NCBI GenBank assembly: GCA_046485045.1
Contig: JAWOHT010000052.1
Coordinates: forward strand, 726 to 64,725
Source: Bacteroidales bacterium
Lineage (GTDB): Bacteria; Bacteroidota; Bacteroidia; Bacteroidales; UBA10428
Reading direction: 5' to 3'
Length of the DNA: 64,000 bases
Positions within the stretch are counted from its first letter, which is position 1; each line of letters opens with the position of its first letter. Below are positions 1 to 9,472 of this stretch, piece after piece. The notes below the pieces were generated by a model. The model had not been told where the DNA came from and did no database searches. It saw nothing but the letters and a program-made list of their open reading frames with translations. The translations under genes were made by a program, and so were the position numbers.

Positions 1-238
1 TAAACAAAGCTGGAAAAAACCTTATTGAAAAGACAGAATACCCAAATATGCTTTTTGTAATAAATGCCATAATACCTATCAGGGGAGGTGTGGTTGCATA
101 CCCGAAATCCAGATGATTGACAAATGAAAAGTAAAGCAATTCATCTCTGTGATATTCGAAATTAAAACCTGGCAATAAATGCAGTACTATATTTATTGAG
201 GCTATAGAAGCAATGATAATTTCATGCTTATATTTCAT
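1..238 (-). CDS. Partial N-terminus of a membrane glycosyltransferase (family 39 / ArnT-PMT-like); continues beyond window start
   Basis: Hand translation of the minus strand from ATG at 238 is open to the window edge. It reads MKYKHEIIIASIASINIVLHLLPGFNFEYHRDELLYFSFVNHLDFGYATTPPLIGIMAFITKSIFGYSVFSIRFFPALF. It is hydrophobic, and the DELLY..GY...PPL pattern is typical of GT39 N-termini. Confidence 0.4.
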   Translation of the reverse strand, partial: MKYKHEIIIASIASINIVLHLLPGFNFEYHRDELLYFSFVNHLDFGYATTPPLIGIMAFITKSIFGYSVFSIRFFPALF

Positions 239-325
239 TTCATCTGTTTTAAATGTTTGGGCAAAGATTTTTCACCCTAAATACTCAAATTGAAAATATT
301 ATTAATGCTTGTGCTTAGCCTATGC

Positions 326-1381
326 TTATATTGATGTCTTTTTTATAGTTCTTACCATTTTACCAAAAACCTTATCTTTTTTTCGTCTTTCAGCAATAGT
401 TGATTCAAAATAAGATTTCTCTCTTTCCATTTTTAGGTAATTCTCATAAGAACTTTTGTCTATATCGCCCTGTTCAAGGGCTTTAAGAACCGAACACCCT
501 TTCTCGGTAGTATGCGTACAATCATTGAATTTGCAATTTTTAGAAAGGCTGATTATTCTGTCGAATGTAGATTCCAAACCGCTGGCATTATCAACAATCC
601 CGACTTCACGCATTCCGGGATTGTCAATAAGTATTCCTCCATTTTCCAGCACTATTAATTCCCTATGACTTGTAACATGTCTGCCTTTGCTGGTACTTTG
701 GCTAATCGCATCTGTTTTCATTATCGTCCTTCCTAAGAGATTATTCAACAAAGTAGATTTTCCAACTCCGGAAGAACCAAGCATACAATAAGTCTTACCT
801 TTATTCAAAATAGATTTTAAGGTTTCGTATCCATCCTGAGTTTCATTGCTGATGGCAAAAACTGGTATATTTTTTATTCGTTGATTTATGCTTTCGATAA
901 TTTCAGCTTTTACTTGTTCATTTATCAGGTCTGTTTTCGTAAGTACAATTATCGGATTTACTCTGGACGAATTACAAATGGTAAGGTATCTTTCGAGTCG
1001 GTTAATGTTAAAATCTCTGTCAACAGCTTGAACTAATAGTGCATAATCAATATTTGTTGCAATAATTTGAATTTCTCCGAACTGACCAACTGCCTGTCTT
1101 GAAATAATTGAGAATCGTGGCAGTATTTTATGAATAATCGAAAAATCAGGATCAAAAATTGTCAATGCAACCCAATCACCCACTGCGGGAAAATCTTCAC
1201 GGCTTTTCGCCGTAAACCGCAAATTCCCTGTTATTTCTGCTTCAAATTCTCCCCTTTCATTTTTGACAATATATCTTTCTTTATGCTCCGAAATAACCCT
1301 GCCGATCTCAAAATTATTGAGGTTATTGTCAAACCTAAGCTTTTCAAGTTTCTCATTAAATCCTAAATCTTCTAATTTCAT
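326..1381 (-). CDS. rsgA: Ribosome small-subunit-dependent GTPase A
   Basis: 351 aa. Circularly permuted GTPase order: LTKTD lies before the P-loop GSSGVGKST. C-terminal zinc knuckle CKFNDCTHTTEKGC. Confidence 0.9.
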   Translation of the reverse strand: MKLEDLGFNEKLEKLRFDNNLNNFEIGRVISEHKERYIVKNERGEFEAEITGNLRFTAKSREDFPAVGDWVALTIFDPDFSIIHKILPRFSIISRQAVGQFGEIQIIATNIDYALLVQAVDRDFNINRLERYLTICNSSRVNPIIVLTKTDLINEQVKAEIIESINQRIKNIPVFAISNETQDGYETLKSILNKGKTYCMLGSSGVGKSTLLNNLLGRTIMKTDAISQSTSKGRHVTSHRELIVLENGGILIDNPGMREVGIVDNASGLESTFDRIISLSKNCKFNDCTHTTEKGCSVLKALEQGDIDKSSYENYLKMEREKSYFESTIAERRKKDKVFGKMVRTIKKTSI

Positions 1382-1472
1382 TTCAGTTTTTGTATGAGTT
1401 TATTGTTTAAATTGTGTTTCATTTACCAATTTCTTGAATTTCAAATGCCAAAAATGGTTCAAAGTTCAGAGA

Positions 1473-2273
1473 TTAACAAAACATCTCAGGCATTTTAGGT
1501 TCTCGAAACAAGCTATTGAGACGAATTGCGGCCTCTTTAACCTTACTATCTTTTATTGATCTGGCGTTTTCCGGACAATTTTTTATACAGGCACAACAAC
1601 TGATGCATTTTTCTTTGTCAATAATATTCGAGTTTTCTAAATTAATAGCACCTGTAGGACAAACTTCTGCACAAATACCTTGTTTAGTACACTTATCGCT
1701 AATAGCAATAAAATCTACACTCCACAATTCCGTAACACCTCCATAAGGAGAGTTTCCAGGGATATTTATTTTTGTAATCTCTTCAACTGATTGAACGGAC
1801 TGAAGCTTTTCTATTATTTTTTTTCCAAAATTTTCGGCACATTCCAAATCGCCCGCATTTGGTCGTGATTTAGCTATTGGTAGCTCAGTACTGGAAAAAG
1901 AATGCTCCCCAATAAATGATGCACCTGCAACTGGAATACATCCTTTTCCGGTTAAAATATCTTTGAGTTCTAACAAGGCATTACCATAAGTCCGGTTACC
2001 ATAAACAACAACACAAACTACTGGTGTTTTGTGTGATTCTATATTTTGCAACCATTTATTAATAATGGCTGGTACCCTACCCATATAAACAGGTACTGAT
2101 ACAATAAGCAGTTCATTTTCTCTTGTTTCTATGAAATTTTCTCTCGCTCGAGGTTTTGTGATGTCATAAAGTTTTACCAATTCTATATTTACTCCTTTTG
2201 CAATACTTTGAGCTATTGCTTTTGTTGACCCCGTTGGAGAGAAACACACCAATTTAAGTGATTGAATTATCAT
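1473..2273 (-). CDS. Flavodoxin-fold protein fused to a 2x[4Fe-4S] ferredoxin domain
   Basis: 266 aa. The N-terminus (FSPTGSTKAIA) is flavodoxin-like. The C-terminus has two CxxCxxCxxxCP-type motifs (CAEVCPTGAI, CISCCACIKNCPENA). Confidence 0.7.
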   Translation of the reverse strand: MIIQSLKLVCFSPTGSTKAIAQSIAKGVNIELVKLYDITKPRARENFIETRENELLIVSVPVYMGRVPAIINKWLQNIESHKTPVVCVVVYGNRTYGNALLELKDILTGKGCIPVAGASFIGEHSFSSTELPIAKSRPNAGDLECAENFGKKIIEKLQSVQSVEEITKINIPGNSPYGGVTELWSVDFIAISDKCTKQGICAEVCPTGAINLENSNIIDKEKCISCCACIKNCPENARSIKDSKVKEAAIRLNSLFREPKMPEMFC

Positions 2274-2284
2274 GATTTATCCTA

Positions 2285-2788
2285 TTATTTTTTAAATCTA
2301 CTTAATACTTCAAGATTGTCAGCAACAAATCGGCTCGATGGCTTATTACCGCAGCTTCTGCAAGTAAAATCGTACCAGCCATTCAGTGCATTGCATTTTG
2401 TGCAGGAATGTCTGGCAATATTTTCGACATACCACTTTTCCCAACCCACTTCCTTTATCCGGTCTAACGATTGAAACAACTCAACCCTGTGCGGCATTTT
2501 GGTTTGAAAATCCTTTAAATGAAGGCAGGGATACTCATTGCAATCCGAGCAAAACCCAATTTCTTTTTTTTCACTGCATTCTCTGAAATAGCAGGTTTTG
2601 CAGTGGGCAGATAGCAGATTGCTCCTGCATCCGTTGCATCGTACCTGTTCAAAAGGTATATGTAAACGCTCAGCTATACCTTTTAAAAGGGCAGTATTGT
2701 TCTCAAGTGTTGCAATGTAGATTCCACAAGATTTGCACAGCAATCCGCAAACAGCGGCGGTTTGCTTTTCCGGTAAAACTTTATTCAT
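2285..2788 (-). CDS. Cysteine-rich protein, DUF3795-like
   Basis: 167 aa with many CxxC pairs (CGLLCKSCG, CNGC, CKTC, CSDC, CTKC, CRSCG). The family assignment is from memory of the DUF3795 pattern. Confidence 0.5.
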   Translation of the reverse strand: MNKVLPEKQTAAVCGLLCKSCGIYIATLENNTALLKGIAERLHIPFEQVRCNGCRSNLLSAHCKTCYFRECSEKKEIGFCSDCNEYPCLHLKDFQTKMPHRVELFQSLDRIKEVGWEKWYVENIARHSCTKCNALNGWYDFTCRSCGNKPSSRFVADNLEVLSRFKK

Positions 2789-2789
2789 A

Positions 2790-3221
2790 TTAGACCGTTA
2801 TTTGATGATGAAAAACTACTTGTGTGCTTCCTTTGATCATATACCATACAGGACAAACACTTTCAACCATTGATAATGCTTTTTCATATTCCCCGGAAGT
2901 TAAGTCTGAAGACTGAATGTTAATGAACAGATGTATCTCTTCAAATGCTGTCGGGTGAGTTTGTCTTCGGGTTCCTTCTGATTTAATAGAAAAACTCATA
3001 ATGTTTTTGCCTTGTCGCCGCAGCAACACCAACAATGCAGTTGCCACACAGGATGACAAGCTTAACAACATCAATTCCAGTGATGTGTATCCAAGGTTAT
3101 CGCCGAGTGGTGGAATATAATCTATTGCGATGGGTGTATTACCCTCAACAATACCTTCTAATAGTAAACGGTCGTTCACAAGATTTAACGATGCTGTCAG
3201 GTGTTTATTTTTGTCAACCAT
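2790..3221 (-). CDS. OsmC/Ohr family protein (peroxiredoxin-like)
   Basis: 143 aa with the two family Cys in the expected contexts (SLSSCVA and ESVCPV). 1-nt gap to the downstream gene. Confidence 0.75.
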   Translation of the reverse strand: MVDKNKHLTASLNLVNDRLLLEGIVEGNTPIAIDYIPPLGDNLGYTSLELMLLSLSSCVATALLVLLRRQGKNIMSFSIKSEGTRRQTHPTAFEEIHLFINIQSSDLTSGEYEKALSMVESVCPVWYMIKGSTQVVFHHQITV

Positions 3222-3302
3222 AATTCAGTGATTTATTATTATAGAGCAAAAATAGGGAAGCGTGAACATATTTCCGGGTGGCATTATTGCCAATTTGCTA
3301 TG

Positions 3303-3333
3303 TTGATATTGCCATTTTAATTATTTACTTTTG
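3303..3333 (+). promoter_or_regulatory. Candidate Bacteroidota sigma-A promoter for the GlxA-type regulator
   Basis: TTG at 3303-3305, a 20-nt spacer, then TACTTTTG at 3326-3333 (TAnnTTTG consensus). It lies 17 nt before ATG 3350 and inside the long version of the tracked ORF. Confidence 0.45.
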
Positions 3334-3349
3334 TAAAAAGACTGATACG

Positions 3350-4330
3350 ATGAATATTGCATTTTTAGCATACCCCAAATGCTCATTGTGGAGTTTAATA
3401 GGCTCATACGAGATGCTCCAAAAAACCTGCAGAATTGCACAGGTTTATGCAGACAAATTTCAGGTTAGGCAAACCTGCAGCTTACTCCTGGTGTCATCAA
3501 CCCACGAGAAAAGGATACAGGGCAGCTATGGTAACTTTTTCGATACAGATACAAACATTTACGAAATAAAAAGGCCTGATATTTTAGTAATCCCCGGGTT
3601 CGACAGGGATATTGATGCAATACTGTCGGATGCTGAGATGATTAAAAAAATCTGTGAATTATACAGCGCAGGTACTGATATTGCTACAGTATGCACCGGT
3701 TCTTTTATTCTTGCCGCCACCGGACTTCTTGATTATAAAACAGCCACCACACATTGGGTGTATTCGCATGAGTTTACCGAAAGGTTTCCAAAAACCGAAT
3801 TGGTGATTGACAGAATGATGATTGACCACGACCGCATTTGTATGAGCGGAGGCGCATCGTCGTTCCAAAATTTAATGATTTACATTATTGAAAAATACAT
3901 CAGCAAAGAGCTCGCTATTTTTATGTCGAAATTGCTCCTTATTGATAACGACCGGTTTTTGCAAAGTCCTTATACCATTTTTAACGGACAAAAAACGCAT
4001 GGTGACGAGTCGGTATTGATTGCGCAGCAAGCCATTGAGAAACAGGTTGATGGGTTTATCCCTATTGATGAACTTGCCAGGATAACCAATATGAGCAAGC
4101 GTAACTTTCTGCGTCGTTTTAAACATGCAACCGGCGATACACCGTTTGTTTATATGCAGCGCACCAAAATTGAAGCAGCCAAAACAATGATGGAGGATTC
4201 GCATAACCATCTTTTAGATATTGCATTAAAAATAGGCTACAATGATTTTTCTTCATTCCGGAAATCATTTAAGAAATTCACAGGAATACCTCCTCAGGAA
4301 TATCGCAAAAAATATACCTATTTTAGCTGA
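3350..4330 (+). CDS. GlxA-type transcriptional regulator (DJ-1/PfpI domain + AraC HTH)
   Basis: Start moved to MNIAFLAYP (ATG 3350) because of the promoter motif upstream. The N-terminal part is class-I glutamine-amidotransferase-like (VCTGSFILAATGLLD). The C-terminus is an AraC-type HTH (GYNDFSSFRKSFKKFTGIPPQEYR). Confidence 0.8.
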   Translation: MNIAFLAYPKCSLWSLIGSYEMLQKTCRIAQVYADKFQVRQTCSLLLVSSTHEKRIQGSYGNFFDTDTNIYEIKRPDILVIPGFDRDIDAILSDAEMIKKICELYSAGTDIATVCTGSFILAATGLLDYKTATTHWVYSHEFTERFPKTELVIDRMMIDHDRICMSGGASSFQNLMIYIIEKYISKELAIFMSKLLLIDNDRFLQSPYTIFNGQKTHGDESVLIAQQAIEKQVDGFIPIDELARITNMSKRNFLRRFKHATGDTPFVYMQRTKIEAAKTMMEDSHNHLLDIALKIGYNDFSSFRKSFKKFTGIPPQEYRKKYTYFS

Positions 4331-4420
4331 AGAAGCTGTGAGAGAAGAAGAAGCGGTGAGAGAAGAAGCGGTGAGAGGTGAGAAGAAGAAGAGGTGAGAG
4401 GTGAGAGAAGAAGGGGTGAG
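4331..4420. repeat. Imperfect polypurine tandem repeat, GGTGAGAG units separated by (GAA)n
   Basis: Read directly: ...gtgagagaagaagaagcGGTGAGAGaagaagcGGTGAGAGGTGAGaagaagaagaGGTGAGAGGTGAGAGaagaagGGGTGAG. It starts at the first base after the regulator stop codon. Confidence 0.8.
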
Positions 4421-4509
4421 TTGATTTCTGTATTCATCATTCCTTGTTCGATATTCGGAATCACTATTTGCCTAACACCTAAAGAAGTTCCTTCACTATC
4501 GTTCAGGTT

Positions 4510-4550
4510 AAAATGAAAGAGGCTGCATAAATTACTTTTTACACAGCCTC
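4510..4550 (-). terminator. Possible intrinsic terminator after the SusD-like gene
   Basis: On the minus strand, GAGGCTG / CAGCCTC form a 7-bp stem with an 18-nt loop, followed by TTTCATTTT. Confidence 0.4.
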
Positions 4551-4577
4551 ATACATAAAATTAAGGATAAGATTTGT

Positions 4578-6332
4578 TTAGTCGTAATACGGACTTTGTT
4601 TTAAGTCTCCATTATTTTTAACTATCTCATCATAGGGTATGGGTATCCAATAATGTTGCTGTAGAAAACTTCTGTTCAACACATTGTAGCGCTTGTACCG
4701 GAAAGTGCCATCCGACATTTTCCTTACTTCAAAACCTTCAAGCGGAGTATTCTCTACTTCCATAGCGGTTTTCCACCGGCGTAAATCCCACATTCTGTAA
4801 CCTTCGTAGCACAATTCAATACGTCTCTCTTTTCGTATACGTTCCCTGAGTTCATTGCCTGAATCATCAATGGGGGGCATTTCTACCCCAGTCCTGTTCC
4901 TTATATTATTTACATATTGTCTTGCCACATTCTCATCGCCACCCGATTCAAACAGGGCTTCGGCATAGTTCAGATAAAGCTCTGCCATTCTGAAATGCCA
5001 CCAGGGTTCATCAAAGCGATGTTCACCGGTTAATAATTCAGTCCCTTTGGTTTCCATATACTTCCTGATATTCATTCCGGTTGATGTGGCATCATGTATT
5101 TTTGTGCTTATTGGCGATTCACGTCCATCACGACCGTCAACAGAATCCTTGTTTTCATGTACCCATGGTTCGTAAGGCCTGCCCCTGAAAACATCTCCGT
5201 TTGTCAGGATTGCCATTTGCAACCTGGGATCTCTGTTCAAATAGGGGTTGGTTGAGTCCAAATCCCATGAGTAACCTGAAGCAGGATTGATTTGTTTTTC
5301 ACCGTTAACATAAATAAAGGGCGATTCTCCGTTGGTCATTTCAAAATCATCTACAATGTTTAAGGTAGGGCAGTTTTTACCGCCCCATCCGCCATACCCG
5401 CCATATCCAAAGGGGGCATGGTAATGGGTTACCCTGTGGCCTTCGAAGGCAGTAGGCAGAAATACCTTTGGGAATATTCCTTCCTTGTTATTATAACCCT
5501 GAAAAATTCCTTCATAGTTGTTATGGAGTGCATATCCGTAACTTTCTAATGAGTCAATGGCCTCTTTGGCAGCATCTCTGGCTTGTGCCCAGGTGTATGT
5601 ACTCGGACTGTTAAACGTAAAATCGGGATCTTTATATAAGGGACTGGCTGCATATAGCATTAATCTTGATTTTAATGCGAATGCGGCTGCTTTATTTGCC
5701 CTGCCATAGCCCACAACGCCTGAAAAATGATTATCGGGTAACCGTTTTAGGGCTTCACCAATATCAGATAAAATAAATGCTACCGTTTCGTCAATTGTAT
5801 TGCGTTTAAAGGTAGCGTCGAATGATGTAACCGGAACTTTAATAATGGGCACGCCCCCGTAATGGCTCAGGAGTTTAAAATATGTAAATGCCCTAAGAAA
5901 GTATATTTCACCTGTTAACCGGTCGAGTATCTTTTTATCAATATCAGAATCGCCTGTTTTTTCAAGAAACAGGTTCATATTTCTGAGATATACGTAAGCC
6001 ATCTCCCAATAATCAACCAGGGCAAAGAATACGGGATCGTTATTATATCTGTAACTCTTGATATTCTCAGGGGTTAATGTGCCCACTTGAAAATGTAAAT
6101 TCTCATCGCCGTAGGATTCATCGGTTAATTTACTCTCCCAATGCCGGGCATGTCCGTAACCGATACTCCTGTATTGTTCGTTAACGTAAAATTCCAATAA
6201 AACAGGATCGTTAAATACTGCAGCTTCATTCAGCCTGTCTAAAGGTCGTCTTTCCAGGAAATCATCATCACATGAAAGGATGAAAATTCCGATGATTGCA
6301 ATTAAAAATATGATTGATTTTTTCATGGCCAA
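4578..6332 (-). CDS. SusD/RagB family nutrient-binding outer-membrane lipoprotein
   Basis: 584 aa. Lipoprotein signal ending ILSCDDD. Immediately downstream of a SusC-type gene (2-nt gap). Typical SusD-like length and aromatic-rich TPR-like sequence. Confidence 0.85.
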   Translation of the reverse strand: MAMKKSIIFLIAIIGIFILSCDDDFLERRPLDRLNEAAVFNDPVLLEFYVNEQYRSIGYGHARHWESKLTDESYGDENLHFQVGTLTPENIKSYRYNNDPVFFALVDYWEMAYVYLRNMNLFLEKTGDSDIDKKILDRLTGEIYFLRAFTYFKLLSHYGGVPIIKVPVTSFDATFKRNTIDETVAFILSDIGEALKRLPDNHFSGVVGYGRANKAAAFALKSRLMLYAASPLYKDPDFTFNSPSTYTWAQARDAAKEAIDSLESYGYALHNNYEGIFQGYNNKEGIFPKVFLPTAFEGHRVTHYHAPFGYGGYGGWGGKNCPTLNIVDDFEMTNGESPFIYVNGEKQINPASGYSWDLDSTNPYLNRDPRLQMAILTNGDVFRGRPYEPWVHENKDSVDGRDGRESPISTKIHDATSTGMNIRKYMETKGTELLTGEHRFDEPWWHFRMAELYLNYAEALFESGGDENVARQYVNNIRNRTGVEMPPIDDSGNELRERIRKERRIELCYEGYRMWDLRRWKTAMEVENTPLEGFEVRKMSDGTFRYKRYNVLNRSFLQQHYWIPIPYDEIVKNNGDLKQSPYYD

Positions 6333-6334
6333 AT

Positions 6335-9300
6335 TTAAAATACAAGGTTAATACCAAAATTATATACTCTGTTAATCGGATAATTATAGATTTCTCCTCC
6401 CCTGCTATTGTCGCTTAGCCTGTTATCATTTTCAGGATCAATCCATTTGTTTTTTGAGAAGGTGTACAAATTAAACCCGCTTATATAGAGCCGTAATTTT
6501 TTAATTGACATCCGTTCCAAAAATCCAGAAGGCAAGGTGTAACCTAATTCAAGGTTTTTAATGCGTAAAAAATTTCCGGTAAACAGATAAAAGTCTGATT
6601 CTGCAGGAGAATTATTATCACCTACACGTGGCATGGTACCATTTGTATTATCATACCACCAGCGGTCTTGAGCCCGATAGGCCAGGTTGTTTTCACCGGC
6701 CCCAAGAATATAATGCTTCTGGGTTGCACCCAAAGCCTGATAATAATGGGCCCTGGCCTGTCCCTGCAACAACATAGAAAAATCAAAGCCTTTATATTCC
6801 AGCCCGACATTCACAGCATAGGTGATTTCAGGTAGGTAACTCAGGTCAATTCTTTCCATATCTGCACCGGTAATAGCCGTATCACCACTTATATCTTTGA
6901 TTTTAATTGTTCCGAGCAAATCTTCTATTATACCAATTTGCTTATGAACAGATGAATTAATTTCACTGGTGTCGCTATAAATACCATCAGACCGGTACCA
7001 TGTATCACTTCCAATTACATTACCTTCCCTTCTTTGCCAGTCAGGTGTGCCTTCTGCCTCGTCCATATATACTATTTCGTTTCTGGCATAGGCAAAATTG
7101 CCTGAAATATGGTACCGCAGGTCACCAACATTGTTATTATATGTAATCGCCAATTCTAAACCCCTGTTTTTAGATTTACCAATATTTTCTTCAGGAAGTT
7201 TTTTTTCGTCAACTCCTATTGTGCCAGGAACAGATCTTCTCTGAGTTAAGATATCTTTGCGGGTTTCATAGAAAAATTCTGCTACTACATCCAACTTTCC
7301 ATCTAATAAAGAAGCATCAAAACCAACATTATATTTTTCTGCTGTTTCCCATCTAATTGCCAGGTTTGGTTCAATATCCTTCTCGATTAACTTAGAACCA
7401 ACAAGCCCGTTTTTGGTATTATAAACGAAAACAGACATTCCGGTTATTTCCGAGACTGCTCTGTACTTATATGTAGTCAGGTAAGGAAAACCACTGTCCC
7501 CGACTTTATCGTTTCCAAGTTGCCCGTAAGATGCCCTGAATTTTAAATTATTAAGCCAGGTAATATTCTGCATAAAGGCTTCTTCTGACACTCTCCATCC
7601 GACAGAAACCCCGGGGAAAAAACCATACCTGTTTTCTTTCGGAAACCTGGTAGAGCCATCGCGCCTGAATTGCAATTGTACCATATACTTGTGCGCATAA
7701 TCGTAATTAAACCTTCCAAGTTGGTTACGCCGGGCATCCTCGCTGGCTGTACCTGTAAGCTTTTCCCAATCTAATTCATGGTCATTTCCTCCTGCAAATA
7801 ACTGGTCAATACCGGTTGAAGCAAAATTCAACCTTGCTAGGGTATGATCATTTCGTTTAATTTCGTACTGTTCCCAAAGTACAAATGCATCTATAAAATG
7901 ATTACCGAAAGAACGGTTGTATTTTAACCTGAAATTATAGGTATAGGCTGAAGTCCGTCTGGAAGACTCCTCCAATCTAATTTCATTAGATGTTATTTCT
8001 GTAGTGTATTTTTCTGTGGCTGCTGAATAGGTAGTATATTCCCAGGGTGTTGACCATCTTTTACTAAACCTGTTACCAAAATCGGTAAAAAAACTACCAT
8101 CAACACCTAAACCATTTATATGAGGAATTTTCAAATCGAAATTTGCCATCGATTCAATGGGCATATCTTCCTGATTTAAGTACCCCATTCTGTCGAGAAA
8201 TAAAGGGGACTGTGCCCCCCTGCCCGGCGCATATTCTCCATTTGGCCATACGGCAGGCGCTGTGGGTACACCGTTCAATGTATTTACCCAGGTGTCAGTG
8301 GAGCCAAGTATATCACGCGACCGTTTTTCAATTCTGCCAGCAATATCCAATGAAACAGACAAATACTGATTAACCTGAAAATCAATATTTGATCTCAGGT
8401 TGTATTGAGAATAACCTGCAATGCTGTTTTTAAATATTGGGTCTTGCTCAAGGCTTCCAAAGGAGATAAAATATTTGATATTTTCTGATCCGCCACTTGA
8501 AGTAAAGCTCATTCTTCGTTGCAACGAGTATGGTTTAAGCACTTCTTCCACCCAATCTGTATTTGCAAACCTGCTGCTCGTATCTGCGGCAATAGCAGCT
8601 ATATCTTCATCCGAGTAGGGTAAATTCGTCCTGCTTTTAGTCTTCCACTCGGCATTTTCATTAGCCACCTTAGCAAAGGTAGGGGCATCCATCATTTCGG
8701 GAATCCGGGTTGGCTGGTATATCCCATGGTTATAAGTAATATTAAAAGTCGGTTTCCCCGGCTTTCCCCGTTTGGTGGTTACCAGAATTACCCCATTGGC
8801 AGCCCGTACCCCATAAATGGCAGCTGATGCATCTTTTAATACGGTAACACTTTCAATATCATTAGGGTCTATCTGCCCCAGACCGCTACGTTCAATACCA
8901 TCAATAATAATCAATGGGCTTGCATTTTCCCAGGTTGCTACTCCCCTTATACGAATGGTAGGATTATCGTAACCTATTTCCCCATTGTCCTGACGGATAA
9001 TTACACCGGGCAACCTGCCTGCCAGGGAAGTTGCCATGTTCGCGGAAGGGCTTTTTTGAATCTCCTCACCGGTAACCGATGCAATCGAACCTGTAACAGT
9101 AACTTTCTGTTGGGTACCGTAACCAATGACCACAACCTCATCAAGTGCCTGCAAATCCGGAATAAGCCGGACATTAATGACCGTTTTGCCGGCAACAGCA
9201 ATAGTTTCGGTATTATAACCGATAAATGAAAAAATCAATTTTGCCTGGTCAGATGGAACGGATATTTCGTACAACCCGTCAATGTTTGTTATAGTTCCCT

Positions 9301-9472
9301 GTTGGGTTCCTTCAATAATAACATTTACACCAGGTAAAGCAGTTCCTGATTCGGCTTCTGTTACTGCACCTGAAATGACTTTTTCCTGTCCCCAGATATT
9401 AAAATTTACTGTAAATAAAATAGCACAGGAAACAATAAGCATGTGCCAGAATCGATTTTTTTTTGTGGTCAT
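6335..9472 (-). CDS. SusC/RagA family TonB-dependent outer-membrane transporter
   Basis: 1045 aa. Has a signal peptide and an N-terminal carboxypeptidase-regulatory-like domain (VISGAVTEAESGTALPGVNVIIEGTQQGTITNIDGLYEI). A plug region follows (VVVIGYGTQQK). The C-terminal beta-barrel ends NFGINLVF. Confidence 0.9.
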   Translation of the reverse strand: MTTKKNRFWHMLIVSCAILFTVNFNIWGQEKVISGAVTEAESGTALPGVNVIIEGTQQGTITNIDGLYEISVPSDQAKLIFSFIGYNTETIAVAGKTVINVRLIPDLQALDEVVVIGYGTQQKVTVTGSIASVTGEEIQKSPSANMATSLAGRLPGVIIRQDNGEIGYDNPTIRIRGVATWENASPLIIIDGIERSGLGQIDPNDIESVTVLKDASAAIYGVRAANGVILVTTKRGKPGKPTFNITYNHGIYQPTRIPEMMDAPTFAKVANENAEWKTKSRTNLPYSDEDIAAIAADTSSRFANTDWVEEVLKPYSLQRRMSFTSSGGSENIKYFISFGSLEQDPIFKNSIAGYSQYNLRSNIDFQVNQYLSVSLDIAGRIEKRSRDILGSTDTWVNTLNGVPTAPAVWPNGEYAPGRGAQSPLFLDRMGYLNQEDMPIESMANFDLKIPHINGLGVDGSFFTDFGNRFSKRWSTPWEYTTYSAATEKYTTEITSNEIRLEESSRRTSAYTYNFRLKYNRSFGNHFIDAFVLWEQYEIKRNDHTLARLNFASTGIDQLFAGGNDHELDWEKLTGTASEDARRNQLGRFNYDYAHKYMVQLQFRRDGSTRFPKENRYGFFPGVSVGWRVSEEAFMQNITWLNNLKFRASYGQLGNDKVGDSGFPYLTTYKYRAVSEITGMSVFVYNTKNGLVGSKLIEKDIEPNLAIRWETAEKYNVGFDASLLDGKLDVVAEFFYETRKDILTQRRSVPGTIGVDEKKLPEENIGKSKNRGLELAITYNNNVGDLRYHISGNFAYARNEIVYMDEAEGTPDWQRREGNVIGSDTWYRSDGIYSDTSEINSSVHKQIGIIEDLLGTIKIKDISGDTAITGADMERIDLSYLPEITYAVNVGLEYKGFDFSMLLQGQARAHYYQALGATQKHYILGAGENNLAYRAQDRWWYDNTNGTMPRVGDNNSPAESDFYLFTGNFLRIKNLELGYTLPSGFLERMSIKKLRLYISGFNLYTFSKNKWIDPENDNRLSDNSRGGEIYNYPINRVYNFGINLVF

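Noticed and set aside
4331-4381. Possible read-through or frameshift C-terminal extension of the regulator into the purine repeat
   Set aside because: The in-frame continuation hits another stop after 16 codons. The repeat is better explained as non-coding simple sequence.
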